NCBI GenBank assembly: GCA_963737905.1
Contig: CAVTUQ010000027.1
Location: 32,001 to 96,000, forward strand
DNA from: an uncultured delta proteobacterium
GTDB taxonomy: Bacteria > Desulfobacterota > Binatia > UBA9968
Reading direction: 5' to 3'
DNA: 64,000 nucleotides
Shown: in pieces, positions 17,937 through 27,885 of the stretch
Layout of the letters: every line of letters starts with the position of its first letter
Position numbering within the stretch: the first letter of the stretch is position 1
The notes under the pieces: model-generated
What the model was told of the DNA's origin: nothing
Database searches by the model: none
Seen by the model: only the letters and a program-made list of their open reading frames with translations
Made by a program: the position numbers and the translations under genes

Positions 17937-18887
17937 TCACAATCGCGTTACGACGTCGCCGTCCTTGATTTTTTCGTACGCTCTAAAACCGACAGCAACG
18001 TCCATGATTCCGATTCCTTGGAGCTTATAGAGCGTTATCTGCTTGTCGTCTGTTCGCCCGGTCACCTTCCCAAGTAGGAGACTCGATATCTCGTGTACGC
18101 TGTCCCAGGAGGTGACCTTGTCGCGAAGCGCGCGAAAGATATCACTCTCGTTCACGCACACGGTCTCTTTCGAGGTAATGAAAATCGCAGCGGCCCTGCG
18201 GAGCGTAGTTTCATCGATCTCTTGCCGCGTGCGAGTCCTGTCGCCGTTTGCAATCGAAGTGATGTGAGTTCCTTCCTTCAGCCACTTGCCGTCGAAAACC
18301 GGTGTCCGGGAATTGGTTGCCGTAATAACGATATCGGCACCCTCCAAGGCTTCTTCAGGGCTCGATGCCGCGCTGGCCTCGATTGCCAATTCGCGGTTCA
18401 TCTTTTCAGCGAAAGCGTGACGGTGAGCCTCGGTAGGACTGAAGATTTTTACTTGCGTCAAAGTTCTGACGACGGCAGCCGCCTTGAGTTGCGTCTCCGC
18501 ATGGACGCTACTGCCAAGAACTGCAACCCGGCTGGAGGTCTTTCGGGCCAGGTACTTGGCGCCGATCCCGCCTGCGGCACCGGTTCTGAATTCGTTGATA
18601 GAACAATCCTGAAACAGTATGAGAGGCTCGCCCGTCTCTGCACTGTAGAGGATAACCGTTTCGTGGTGCAACCGGCGATCCAAATCCGTCTGAAGATAGG
18701 CACCCATGACGCCATGGACCGAACCGGGCAAGAGGCCGAAAATCATCCGGTTCGGGTGATGGATTCTCCGGCGCGGCAGATCGAAACCGCGACCGAGAGC
18801 CATTTCTTTCAAAGCCTCTTCAATGGCCGCGATCATCTCGTCGATGGAGACGATCTGGTCGATGGGAGTGTCTTTGAGGAAGAGCAT
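17937..18887 (-). CDS. Ornithine cyclodeaminase/mu-crystallin family protein
   Basis: FRTGAAGGIGAKYLAR, ADIVITATNS, LYKLQGIGIMDVA; start trimmed to ATG 18887. Confidence 0.87.
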   Translation of the reverse strand: MLFLKDTPIDQIVSIDEMIAAIEEALKEMALGRGFDLPRRRIHHPNRMIFGLLPGSVHGVMGAYLQTDLDRRLHHETVILYSAETGEPLILFQDCSINEFRTGAAGGIGAKYLARKTSSRVAVLGSSVHAETQLKAAAVVRTLTQVKIFSPTEAHRHAFAEKMNRELAIEASAASSPEEALEGADIVITATNSRTPVFDGKWLKEGTHITSIANGDRTRTRQEIDETTLRRAAAIFITSKETVCVNESDIFRALRDKVTSWDSVHEISSLLLGKVTGRTDDKQITLYKLQGIGIMDVAVGFRAYEKIKDGDVVTRL

Positions 18888-19051
18888 GTTACTCGAAACT
18901 AAAGGAAGCTTCTCGATTTCCTGAGCCTGCAATAACCGGATGCGTCTTAAAGGTCTTAACCCGAAGTTTAACGCAGTCGGATAAAACCCGTCAATGGAAA
19001 TGCCGGGCGGGTCGGCTGATCTTAACAAAACCCTATGGAAGCGCCGAGCGC

Positions 19052-19738
19052 CTACACCGGGTTGACCGCCAGTTGCCGCTCAAGGCGCCGGGCGTAGCGG
19101 GACATTCCGTAACTACACAGCCAGTAGATCACCGCGATGAACAGGTAGAGCTCGAAGGGTCGAATTTCACGGTTGTTCACAATTTGCGCCGCCTTGGTCA
19201 AATCGACATAGCCGATGATCGACGCCAGAGAAGTGTCCTTGAGCAACACGATGGATTGCGTGACTAGAGCAGGGATCATGTTGCGTAGGGCTTGGGGCAA
19301 AATGACGTGGCGCATCATTTGTACCCGGTTCAGTCCGGTCGCGGTGGCCGCTTCCGCCTGGCCGCGGGGAACGGATTGGATGCCCGCCCTGACAATCTCG
19401 CCGAAATAAGCCGCTTCGAAAATTACGAAGGCCGCTAGAGCCACGCTGTATTCCGGTAGGGATTTCCCGACCACAACCGGGATGATGAACCAGAACCAGA
19501 AGATCACCATTACCAACGGCACGCCACGAAAAAATTCCACGTACAGGGTTGCCGGCACATGTACCCAAGGCGAACGGGCCAGGCGGCCCATACCGATGAA
19601 AATACCCAGAAGAAACCCGAGGATGATAGCAGGGACAGCCAAGCGCAAAGTCCCCCCGGTAAAATGGCCAAGGCCAAGAAAGCCCTGGAAGATCAGAAAC
19701 CGAGCGTTGTTGATGACGACCGTGAAATCCACCCTCAA
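19052..19738 (-). CDS. Polar amino acid ABC transporter permease (GltK-like)
   Basis: YVEFFRGVPL, EAAYFGEIVRAGIQSVPRGQ. Confidence 0.9.
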   Translation of the reverse strand: MRVDFTVVINNARFLIFQGFLGLGHFTGGTLRLAVPAIILGFLLGIFIGMGRLARSPWVHVPATLYVEFFRGVPLVMVIFWFWFIIPVVVGKSLPEYSVALAAFVIFEAAYFGEIVRAGIQSVPRGQAEAATATGLNRVQMMRHVILPQALRNMIPALVTQSIVLLKDTSLASIIGYVDLTKAAQIVNNREIRPFELYLFIAVIYWLCSYGMSRYARRLERQLAVNPV

Positions 19739-20460
19739 AATTCTCCCGTCTGCCTTTTAGCGATCATCCCTGGGATCGCGAATCTTTTCTCCAACTGTGA
19801 CATGGCGGTGGCGAGGGTGAGGCAGAGCACGAGATAGATCAAAGTCCCGGCGGTCAAAGCTTCGAGGGCCTTCGCCGTATAGGTCTCGATCTGGCGCGTC
19901 TGAAATGTTAATTCGGCAACCCCGATCGTCAGCGCAACCGAGGAGTTTTTGATCAGGTTCAGCGACTCGTTGGTGGCGGGGGGAAGGATCAGCCTCAAAG
20001 CGATGGGGATGATGATCAAACGATAAGCTTGAGCCATCGTGAGGCCGGTAGAGACCGCGGCTTCGAACTGCGTTTTCGGAATGGACTGAATTCCGGAGCG
20101 GATCACCTCGGAAAAACGCGCGCCGTGATACACTCCCAGCGCGACAACACCCGCCCAGAACTCAGCGCCATGGTCGAATAGCCACTCCTGCACCGGTTGT
20201 GGCAATAGGGGCGGCACGGCGAAATACCAGAAGAACATCCAGACGAGGAGCGGCACATTTCTAAAAAATTCGACGTAAAAACTGGCAACCCAGCGCAGTG
20301 GCGTAATGGCGACGGTTCGAAGCGCACCGGACAATATCCCGAGGGTGAAAGCGAGCACCCATGCAATAACAGAAATTTCGATGGTCGTGATTAAACCTTG
20401 AAGCAGCCACAGGGCGGATTGGCCGGTCCAAAGCACACTCCAGTCGAGATTGTAGGTCAT
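19735..20460 (-). CDS. Polar amino acid ABC transporter permease (GltJ-like)
   Basis: YVEFFRNVPLL, EVIRSGIQSIP. Confidence 0.9.
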   Translation of the reverse strand: MTYNLDWSVLWTGQSALWLLQGLITTIEISVIAWVLAFTLGILSGALRTVAITPLRWVASFYVEFFRNVPLLVWMFFWYFAVPPLLPQPVQEWLFDHGAEFWAGVVALGVYHGARFSEVIRSGIQSIPKTQFEAAVSTGLTMAQAYRLIIIPIALRLILPPATNESLNLIKNSSVALTIGVAELTFQTRQIETYTAKALEALTAGTLIYLVLCLTLATAMSQLEKRFAIPGMIAKRQTGEF

Positions 20461-20471
20461 TGATTAAGAAG

Positions 20472-20521
20472 GTTTCGAGTTTCGGGTCTCGAGTGAAAAC
20501 TCGGAACTCGAAACCCGAAAC
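20472..20521. repeat. Inverted 7-mer array (GTTTCGA / ACTCGAA)
   Basis: gtttcga gtttcgg gtctcga gt-gaaa-actcgga actcgaa acccgaa ac. Confidence 0.8.
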
Positions 20522-20522
20522 T

Positions 20523-21380
20523 TCACTTCGGTACGACCTGCATCTGTAGAAAACGCTTGGCCTCCGGCGTCAACGGATAGGGCACTTCGCCCTTCGGGCC
20601 AAACCACTTGTCGTATATCTCGAAGTAGCTGCCAGACGCGATAGCGTCCATCAGGCCAATGTTTACCGCCTGGCGAAAGTCCGAGTCGTTCTTTCTCATG
20701 GCCATCCCATACGGCTCATAGGAAAAGAATTCGCCGACCACGACCCACTCGTCCGGCTTGGGCGCTTTGGCTTTCAAGCCTGCGAGTTGAATTCCATCGT
20801 TCGTATAGGCCTGCACCTGTCCCTGGACGAGGGCCTGAAATGCGGCCGGCTGATCTGGAAACTCCAACAGCTTGGCACTGGACACGCGCTCGCGGATAAT
20901 CCGTGCGTTGGTGGATCCTTGTTGGGCGGCGATTCGTTTGCCGCCAATGGATTGGATCCCTTTGATGGGGCTTCCCTTCTTCACCAGGAACTGTGCGCCG
21001 GTGACGAAGAACGTCAGGCTAAAGTCGACGCTATCTCGGCGTGATTGAGTATCGGTCATTGTTTCCGCGATCAAATCTACAGCGTTGGACGTGAGCAACG
21101 GAATTCTGGTCTGCGGGGTGGACTCTTTTTTTTCAACTTTGATTTCCTTACCGACTTTTTTCGAAATGGCACGCACAATCGCCTTCTCCACCAGGTCGAT
21201 GGAGAATCCGACCCATTCGTTGTTCTTGTTCACAAACGCGAACGGCGGCGAGCCGGTGCGCGTGCCAATGGTCAATATCCCGGTCTGGCTGATTCTTTCC
21301 AGTGTAGTTTCGGCTCGCGAAACCGCGAGGCTTCCCGCAACCGCGCTAAAGGTAGCGAGGAAGAGTAGCAATCGTTTCAT
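20523..21380 (-). CDS. Polar amino acid ABC transporter binding protein (GltI-like)
   Basis: Signal peptide from ATG 21380, SPPFAF, TRIPLL, SYEPYGMAMRKND. Confidence 0.9.
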   Translation of the reverse strand: MKRLLLFLATFSAVAGSLAVSRAETTLERISQTGILTIGTRTGSPPFAFVNKNNEWVGFSIDLVEKAIVRAISKKVGKEIKVEKKESTPQTRIPLLTSNAVDLIAETMTDTQSRRDSVDFSLTFFVTGAQFLVKKGSPIKGIQSIGGKRIAAQQGSTNARIIRERVSSAKLLEFPDQPAAFQALVQGQVQAYTNDGIQLAGLKAKAPKPDEWVVVGEFFSYEPYGMAMRKNDSDFRQAVNIGLMDAIASGSYFEIYDKWFGPKGEVPYPLTPEAKRFLQMQVVPK

Positions 21381-21390
21381 ACCATTCTCC

Positions 21391-22119
21391 TTAATGCGAA
21401 AGAATTTTCCCCAAAAACTGCTTGGCTCTGGGTGACTGCGGCGCGCCAAAAAAAGGTTCCGGTTTGCCTTCTTCGATGATCTGCCCTTCATCCATGAAAA
21501 CAACCCTGTGCGCGACGCGTCGGGCAAAACCCATCTCATGGGTGACCACGACCATAGTCATCCCGTCGTGCGCGAGATCCGTCATGACTTCTAAAACTTC
21601 GTTGATCATTTCCGGATCCAAAGCGGAAGTGGGCTCATCAAAGAGCATGATCTTCGGCTTCATCGCTAGGGCACGAGCAATGGCCACTCTCTGCTGTTGC
21701 CCGCCGGAAAGATTCGCCGGGTAGACGCTGGCTTTGTCTGGAATTCCCACGCGGTCCAGCAGCTCTTTGGCAATTTTTTCGGCTTCCCCTCCGGCCAATC
21801 CCTTTACCCTGGTCGGTGCGAGAGTGATGTTCTGCAGCACGGTCATGTGGGGATAAAGATTGAAGGACTGAAACACCATGCCCACATGGGTTCGAAGTTT
21901 CGACGCATCGAACTTGGGATCCGATAGAGATTGGCCATCGACGATGATTTCGCCCGACTGAGTAGATTCCAGCCGATTAATGCAGCGGATGAGCGTGCTC
22001 TTGCCGCTGCCACTGGGTCCGCACACCACCACGACTTCTCCCGCACTGATCTTTAGGTTTATGCTTTTTAGGACGTGGAGTGAGCCAAACCACTTGTTTA
22101 CATCGCGAAACTCGATCAC
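21391..22119 (-). CDS. Polar amino acid ABC transporter ATPase (GltL/GlnQ-like)
   Basis: [33 protein letters not shown]. Confidence 0.93.
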   Translation of the reverse strand: MIEFRDVNKWFGSLHVLKSINLKISAGEVVVVCGPSGSGKSTLIRCINRLESTQSGEIIVDGQSLSDPKFDASKLRTHVGMVFQSFNLYPHMTVLQNITLAPTRVKGLAGGEAEKIAKELLDRVGIPDKASVYPANLSGGQQQRVAIARALAMKPKIMLFDEPTSALDPEMINEVLEVMTDLAHDGMTMVVVTHEMGFARRVAHRVVFMDEGQIIEEGKPEPFFGAPQSPRAKQFLGKILSH

Positions 22120-22321
22120 GGCAAGAAGATTAATTTTCGACCGTCAAGATTGCAAAATATCGGTTCGCATACTATATGAACAAGGGCATTTTGCAACAGA
22201 CACGAACGCATCCTCTGTAGAAATACCTCGCCTGGACAGGCAGAATTTCGTCTGGCCGGCAACTTTTTATCAAGGTAAACATTTCGCAGAAGAAAAGACA
22301 TAGAAGGGGGCGTAGTCCGGC

Positions 22322-22780
22322 GTGAACATCTACATCGTGCGGCACGGTGAGGCGGTGTCGGAAAGACTGGATCCGGAAAGACCGCTCACTTCGTTGGGGA
22401 GGGAAGAGGTCGAGCGCGTGAGCCGTATGGCGGCGGCCAAAAATATTCAGGTCTCCGGCCTGTTCCATTCCGGAATTCTTCGCGCAAAACAAACCGCGGA
22501 GATCCTGGCGGAGCATGTCCAATTCACCGTTGGCGTACAACAACTTTCCGGCTTGATGCCGCAAGACGATCCCGCCATCGCCAAAGCCGAGCTTGAAGCG
22601 GCGGAGAGTCCCATCATGCTGGTGGGCCATCTTCCCCATCTGAACCGGCTGATAGGATTGTTGGTCGGTGGTGACGCGGAATCGGAAGTGATGGGGTTTC
22701 CTCCCGCGACCATGGTGTGCTGTAGCAATGACGCGTCGAAATGGAAGATCGCTTGGACGCTGACACCGCGGTCTTTGTAA
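22322..22780 (+). CDS. sixA: Phosphohistidine phosphatase SixA
   Basis: IVRHGEA, RAKQTAE, LVGHLP. Confidence 0.88.
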   Translation: MNIYIVRHGEAVSERLDPERPLTSLGREEVERVSRMAAAKNIQVSGLFHSGILRAKQTAEILAEHVQFTVGVQQLSGLMPQDDPAIAKAELEAAESPIMLVGHLPHLNRLIGLLVGGDAESEVMGFPPATMVCCSNDASKWKIAWTLTPRSL

Positions 22781-22844
22781 AGCGCGGTTGACCGACGGAT
22801 AGGGATAGTCTAAAAAGGAAAGGTACAATCGAAAGGCATATGCA

Positions 22845-24131
22845 ATGGCTGCAGAGACATTGACAATTATCGACAACCGGACAGGCAAGAAATACGAAGT
22901 TCCCATTCGCAACGGCGCGATTAAGGCCACAGACCTGTTTCAAATCAAGGTTGCCGAGGACGACGGCCTGGTCAGTTACGATCCGGGCTTCATGAACACC
23001 GCTTCCTGCCAGAGCAAAATAACCTACATTGATGGCGACAAGGGCATCCTGCGCTATCGGGGCTACCCCATAGAGCAGATCGCGGAAAAAAGCAATTATT
23101 TGGAAACCGCTTACCTCATTCTTCACGGTGAGCTGCCGACCCAGTCGCAATTGGCCGAATGGACACATAACATCACTTATCACTCCATCATTCATGAAAA
23201 CATCAAGAAACTTATTGACGGATTTCATCATGACGCCCACCCCATGGGCATTTTGGTCAGTACGGTAGCGGCCTTATCGACTTTTTATCCCGGAGCCAAA
23301 AAAATTTTCGACCCACAGTCCCGGAGAGATCAAACCTATCGCCTGATCAGCAAGATGCCAACCTTGGCTGGCTTCGCCTATCGCCATAGCCTGGGCCTGC
23401 CCTATTCTTACCCGGACAACGACCTGAGTTATACCGGTAACTTTCTCAACATGCTCTTCAAAATGACGGAGCTTAAGTACAAACCGAATCCGGTGCTTGA
23501 GAGGGCCCTGGACATCCTTTTTATTCTGCACGCGGATCACGAGCAAAATTGCAGCACCAATGCCATGCGCGGTGTCGGCAGTTCCCAGGTCGATCCTTAC
23601 TCCGCCGTCGCGGCGGCAGCGGCGGCTCTATATGGCCCGCTCCACGGGGGCGCCAACGAGGCGGTTCTAAGGATGCTTATGGAGATCGGGTCGAAAGACA
23701 AAGTCCCCGAGTTCATCAAGAAGGTCAAAGGCGGCGAGGGGCGATTGATGGGCTTTGGCCATCGGGTTTACAAGAATTACGATCCGCGCGCCAAGATCAT
23801 CAAGCAGATTGCTGACCAGGTCTTCGAGGTCAAAGGACGCAATCCGCTGCTTGATATCGCTCTTGAACTCGAACGTATCGCTCTCGAGGACGGGTATTTT
23901 ATCCAGCGCAAGCTCTATCCCAACGTCGATTTTTATTCCGGCCTGATCTATCAGTCGATGGGCTTACCGATGGATATGTTTCCCGTCTTGTTTGCGATTC
24001 CAAGGACCTCGGGATGGATTGCTCAATGGGAAGAAATGCTCACCGATGCGGAGCAAAAATTGGCGCGCCCGAAGCAAGTCTATCTTGGCGCTGAGACGCG
24101 CGACTATGTGCCGATGGAAAAGCGAAAATAG
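22845..24131 (+). CDS. gltA: Citrate synthase
   Basis: HADHEQNCST, GPLHGGANE, GFGHRVYKNYDPRA, YPNVDFYSG. Confidence 0.96.
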   Translation: MAAETLTIIDNRTGKKYEVPIRNGAIKATDLFQIKVAEDDGLVSYDPGFMNTASCQSKITYIDGDKGILRYRGYPIEQIAEKSNYLETAYLILHGELPTQSQLAEWTHNITYHSIIHENIKKLIDGFHHDAHPMGILVSTVAALSTFYPGAKKIFDPQSRRDQTYRLISKMPTLAGFAYRHSLGLPYSYPDNDLSYTGNFLNMLFKMTELKYKPNPVLERALDILFILHADHEQNCSTNAMRGVGSSQVDPYSAVAAAAAALYGPLHGGANEAVLRMLMEIGSKDKVPEFIKKVKGGEGRLMGFGHRVYKNYDPRAKIIKQIADQVFEVKGRNPLLDIALELERIALEDGYFIQRKLYPNVDFYSGLIYQSMGLPMDMFPVLFAIPRTSGWIAQWEEMLTDAEQKLARPKQVYLGAETRDYVPMEKRK

Positions 24132-24144
24132 GAAAAAGCCCGGT

Positions 24145-25545
24145 CTACCTTATTCCGCCGCCAAATCCGTTAATGATTATTACTTTCAGCAGCTGACCCA
24201 CCCGAAGGCTCGGGTTTGAAAGGCCGTTGAGTTTCATCAAAGATCTAACGTGTTGACCGTAGCGGCGGGCGATCGCAAAGAGCGTTTCTCCTTTTTTGAC
24301 CTCGTGGGTGAGGAACTGAGCTGGTTTCGTTTCTTGCTCCTGGTAGCTTTGGGCGAATATCGTTGCATGGCCCGCGGGAAGCTTCACGCGGAACGCATTC
24401 TCCTCCGGCGGGGTCTCGCTCCGCAGCAATTGCGGGTTTAGTTCGCGGATCGTTTCGGGGTCGGTGCCCGCCATTTCGGCCAACGATACCAAGCGCAAAT
24501 TTCCCTGGACTTCCATTTCTTCGTAGTCCATCGGGGTTTCATACGCTACGTCAATGAAACCATATTTTTGCGGATCGCTTGCGATCAGTGACGCCGCCAC
24601 GAACTTGGGAACAAAGTTGCGCGTTTCATCGTTTAACTTTGCTTTCGCGCTTAGCGTCCAAAAATCCTTTGCTCCAGAACTCTGCATGGCTTTATCAATG
24701 GCTCCTTGTCCTGCGTTGTAGGCCGCTATAGCCAGATACCATCGACCAAAGTAGTTGTGCAGATCCTTCAGATAGGCTGCGGCAGCCCGGGTTGATTTTA
24801 CCGGATCTCGCCGCTCGTCCACCCACGAATCAATTTTCAAACCGTACCTACGTGCAGTGCCGGCAACAAATTGCCAAAGACCGACGGCCCCTGAAGAGGA
24901 TGAGCTGTGGGTGATAAAACCGCTTTCGATGAGCGCCAGATAGGCCAGTTCTTCCGGGACTCCTTCCTCGTGAAGCACCTGTGCGATCACCGGCATATAC
25001 TTTCCGGATCGGGCCAAGGCCTTTTCGAGATCGTTTTTACCGCTTTTGGAAAATTGGTTGATAAAGTAACGGACCCTTGGGTTTTCAATCACCGCTTTAG
25101 AAAACTCCAATCGACTCCGCTCGACCGGTTGGTCTATTGTTTTGTTAAGATCTTTCTCCAGCGAGTTCAGGAAACGATCTTCTAGACGCGGTCCCGAGAC
25201 CTTTCTCCAGGGCGAAGACTCGTTGGGAGCCGATGCCGTTGTGGCGTTTGCTTCTTGCTGATCCGGATTGAGTGTCGGTTCTATAACGATCGTTGAGCTG
25301 GTGTCGAGTGTGGAAGGCGCCAGCAGGTTTTCTTCCTGCATATCGAGCGGCTGTCCAAGGGCCGTTGCTATGGCTTCATCCCCGATAACGAGTGACGGTT
25401 GGGAAGAGGGGCTGGCAACTTGGTTTTCCGGTGCTGATCCCGCGGAAGCTGGCGTACTGCGCACGAGGGTCATTTGGAAGTGTGCGCAGCCCTGTAAGAG
25501 GCCAACCGCCAAGCCGAGGACTAGAATTTGAGTTCGCGTCGACAT
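24145..25545 (-). CDS. Lytic transglycosylase lipoprotein with LysM (MltD-like)
   Basis: Lipobox LLQGC, LIESG, AVGLWQF, AAYNAG, ETRNFVPK, C-terminal LysM. Confidence 0.9.
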   Translation of the reverse strand: MSTRTQILVLGLAVGLLQGCAHFQMTLVRSTPASAGSAPENQVASPSSQPSLVIGDEAIATALGQPLDMQEENLLAPSTLDTSSTIVIEPTLNPDQQEANATTASAPNESSPWRKVSGPRLEDRFLNSLEKDLNKTIDQPVERSRLEFSKAVIENPRVRYFINQFSKSGKNDLEKALARSGKYMPVIAQVLHEEGVPEELAYLALIESGFITHSSSSSGAVGLWQFVAGTARRYGLKIDSWVDERRDPVKSTRAAAAYLKDLHNYFGRWYLAIAAYNAGQGAIDKAMQSSGAKDFWTLSAKAKLNDETRNFVPKFVAASLIASDPQKYGFIDVAYETPMDYEEMEVQGNLRLVSLAEMAGTDPETIRELNPQLLRSETPPEENAFRVKLPAGHATIFAQSYQEQETKPAQFLTHEVKKGETLFAIARRYGQHVRSLMKLNGLSNPSLRVGQLLKVIIINGFGGGIR

Positions 25546-25788
25546 CGCTTGGTCACCGACAAACTCGCGGAGGGTACTAGAATCGTCGCGGTCGCGCAAC
25601 CCAAAAATGCTTGACAATCACTCGACAGAGTCTCACGATTCCTCAGCGATGCCAAAAAGTTGAAACGAATTGACAGATGGGAGCAAAAAAAAATAAAAAA
25701 TATCTGGTGGATTTAAGTCTGAGCTATGTTTTGACAGGCTCGGTTCATGGTGATAGCTGAAATGATGTTTTTGGCTAATTCGGTAGAC

Positions 25789-26034
25789 ATGTATATCCCA
25801 TCAATCCAGAGAGCATTCTGGCTTGGCCTGGCGTTCTGTTGGCTCATCTTCACTGGGATTGTCTTCGGTGAAGAGATCACAGTTTCTTACGCGGCGCTCA
25901 CGGCTGCTTATATGGTGACAAGAGGAGAGCTGATCAAGGTGGCTAAATTGCCTGAACCCGGGCAGCTGTTTGATTACAGCATCATCAAAAAAGTATATAC
26001 CGAGCTCAAAAAGAGCTGGAAACCGAAGCCTTGA
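25789..26034 (+). pseudogene. Internally deleted solute-binding protein remnant
   Basis: Signal peptide plus EEITVSYAALTAAY joined directly to an SBP-like C-terminus (QLFDYSIIKKVYTEL). Confidence 0.55.
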
Positions 26035-26108
26035 TCTTTAGCGACGAAACGAATGCCTATTTTGACTCCAAGGACGCAGGCTATGGTGGACCAAAGGAAA
26101 GTTGGCGG

Positions 26109-27227
26109 ATGAAACTATCCAACCGGATTGCTCTCGGGTCAAGTGTCCTCGCAGCGTTATGTCTGCCCTGGGTTCTTTTGGCCGCAGACGGACAGACGGA
26201 ATGGGAGCGAACTCTGGCTGCGGCGAAGAAAGAAGGGCCACCCGTTATCGGTATCCCCGCTAGCAGTGAATTGCGAAAAGCCATCGGCACAAGTTTTAAA
26301 GAGAAGTTCAGTATCGATATAGAGCTCTTTCCCAGCCGAGGGCCAGAGAATGTCACGCGCATTATAAAAGAATATAGCGCGGGTGTGCGTTACTTTGATG
26401 TGCTTGTCGCCGGAGGGGCGACACCGCTTGCCATGGTAGCGGCAGGAGCGGCGGACGATTTCCAGCCTTACATGATCCTGCCGGAGGTCAAGGATCCGAA
26501 AAACTGGTGGGGCGGGCATATCTGGGAGGACAATGTCAGCACAAGACGTTACGTCTACGCATTTCTTTGCTACACCAGCGAGACCTTCTGGCAGAACACC
26601 AGTCAGGTCGAACCGCAGGACATGCGCTCCTTCGATGATCTTCTAAATCCGAAGTGGAAGGGCCGGGTCGGTTTTCTCGACCCGCGGAATCCCGGTTCTG
26701 GGCAAAACACTTGGACTTTTCTCTGGAAAGTAAAAGGAGAAGAATTCCTCGGCAAGCTCGTGCAGCAAGATCTCCTGATCACTCAAAACCAACGCCAGCT
26801 TGCCGAAAGTCTGGCCAAGGGCAAGCTCGCCTTTACGATCGGTCTCAGTCATTACAGCTACGAGCCATTCATAAAAGCGGGGCTGCCGGTCAAACCTGTG
26901 CCTGGGATCAAAGAGGGAGCTCATGCCAACAACGGGAGCGGTGTCGTGGCGGTGGTGAAAAATCCTCCGCATCCAAATTCTACCAAAGTATTTATTAATT
27001 GGTTGCTCGGGAAAGAGGGACAGGAACTATACGGCAAGGCGATGCTCCAGGGGACACGCCGGCTCGACGTGGATACGCAATGGCTCAAGGAATCAGGCAT
27101 CGAGGGCTGCAAGGATATCATGGCCGTGGAGGATTATTATCGCCGGGAAACCCACCTGGAATCTTCCGTCAACAAACTCAGAAAGCCGGCGACGGCCCTG
27201 GCTGAAAAACTCTTGAGCAGGAATTGA
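26109..27227 (+). CDS. ABC solute-binding protein (Fe3+-type, orphan)
   Basis: Signal peptide, WERTLAAAKKEG, DLLNPKWKG, PHPNSTKVFINWLL. Confidence 0.85.
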   Translation: MKLSNRIALGSSVLAALCLPWVLLAADGQTEWERTLAAAKKEGPPVIGIPASSELRKAIGTSFKEKFSIDIELFPSRGPENVTRIIKEYSAGVRYFDVLVAGGATPLAMVAAGAADDFQPYMILPEVKDPKNWWGGHIWEDNVSTRRYVYAFLCYTSETFWQNTSQVEPQDMRSFDDLLNPKWKGRVGFLDPRNPGSGQNTWTFLWKVKGEEFLGKLVQQDLLITQNQRQLAESLAKGKLAFTIGLSHYSYEPFIKAGLPVKPVPGIKEGAHANNGSGVVAVVKNPPHPNSTKVFINWLLGKEGQELYGKAMLQGTRRLDVDTQWLKESGIEGCKDIMAVEDYYRRETHLESSVNKLRKPATALAEKLLSRN

Positions 27228-27280
27228 AGCTAGAGAAGTGAGTGGCTTCAATGTGGACGATGGCTCGGATTGTAAATCGT

Positions 27281-27592
27281 TTATGTTTTAAAATCAGGAT
27301 AGCCGGCCTGGGCGGCTTTTTCTTTGTAATCTTTGACTAACTCTTCTCTCGGCTTCTCGTGGATCCAAACCGCTTCGGTGAAACTCCAGAGCGTGAACGG
27401 ATGGGCGCCCAGGGCATAAAGCTTGCCATAGTCCTTGGTCGCCAGCGCTTCGCGCTCTTCGGGTGTAAACTTTAGCTTCTGGCCTTTCTCCCATTTCTCA
27501 ACAAACCCGCGCGGGTGACTCACGTATTCATCCTCTGCCGACTCGTTCATGTTGACGTGGTGGATGAGTTTGTTCATCAGGTATTTGCTCAT
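27281..27592 (-). CDS. LigA-like small subunit of extradiol dioxygenase
   Basis: MSKYLMNKLI..FTPEEREALATKDYGKLYALGAHPF. Confidence 0.75.
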   Translation of the reverse strand: MSKYLMNKLIHHVNMNESAEDEYVSHPRGFVEKWEKGQKLKFTPEEREALATKDYGKLYALGAHPFTLWSFTEAVWIHEKPREELVKDYKEKAAQAGYPDFKT

Positions 27593-27605
27593 GGCAACTC
27601 CTCGT

Positions 27606-27878
27606 TTAGGCCTTGATCAAGGTCCAAATGCCGATGGCGATGAACCCGATTCCCGCCAGATAATGCAAAGTTCTTTCGCTCACGTAATGCGACATGGCAG
27701 AACCCGCAGCGACGCCGATGGCGGATGTTACAACCAACGCCAAGGCCGCCCCGGCGAAAACAGTGAGTTTGCTGGCATTTTTGTCCGACGCAAATAGCAT
27801 CGTGGCCAGCTGCGTTTTGTCGCCAAGCTCTGCGATAAAGACCGACGTGAAAACCGTCGATAGTATTTTCCAGTCCAT
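27606..27878 (-). CDS. TMEM165/GDT1 (UPF0016) family half-size Mn2+/Ca2+ transporter
   Basis: AELGDKTQLAT motif, three TM segments. Confidence 0.88.
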   Translation of the reverse strand: MDWKILSTVFTSVFIAELGDKTQLATMLFASDKNASKLTVFAGAALALVVTSAIGVAAGSAMSHYVSERTLHYLAGIGFIAIGIWTLIKA

Positions 27879-27885
27879 AGAAGGT

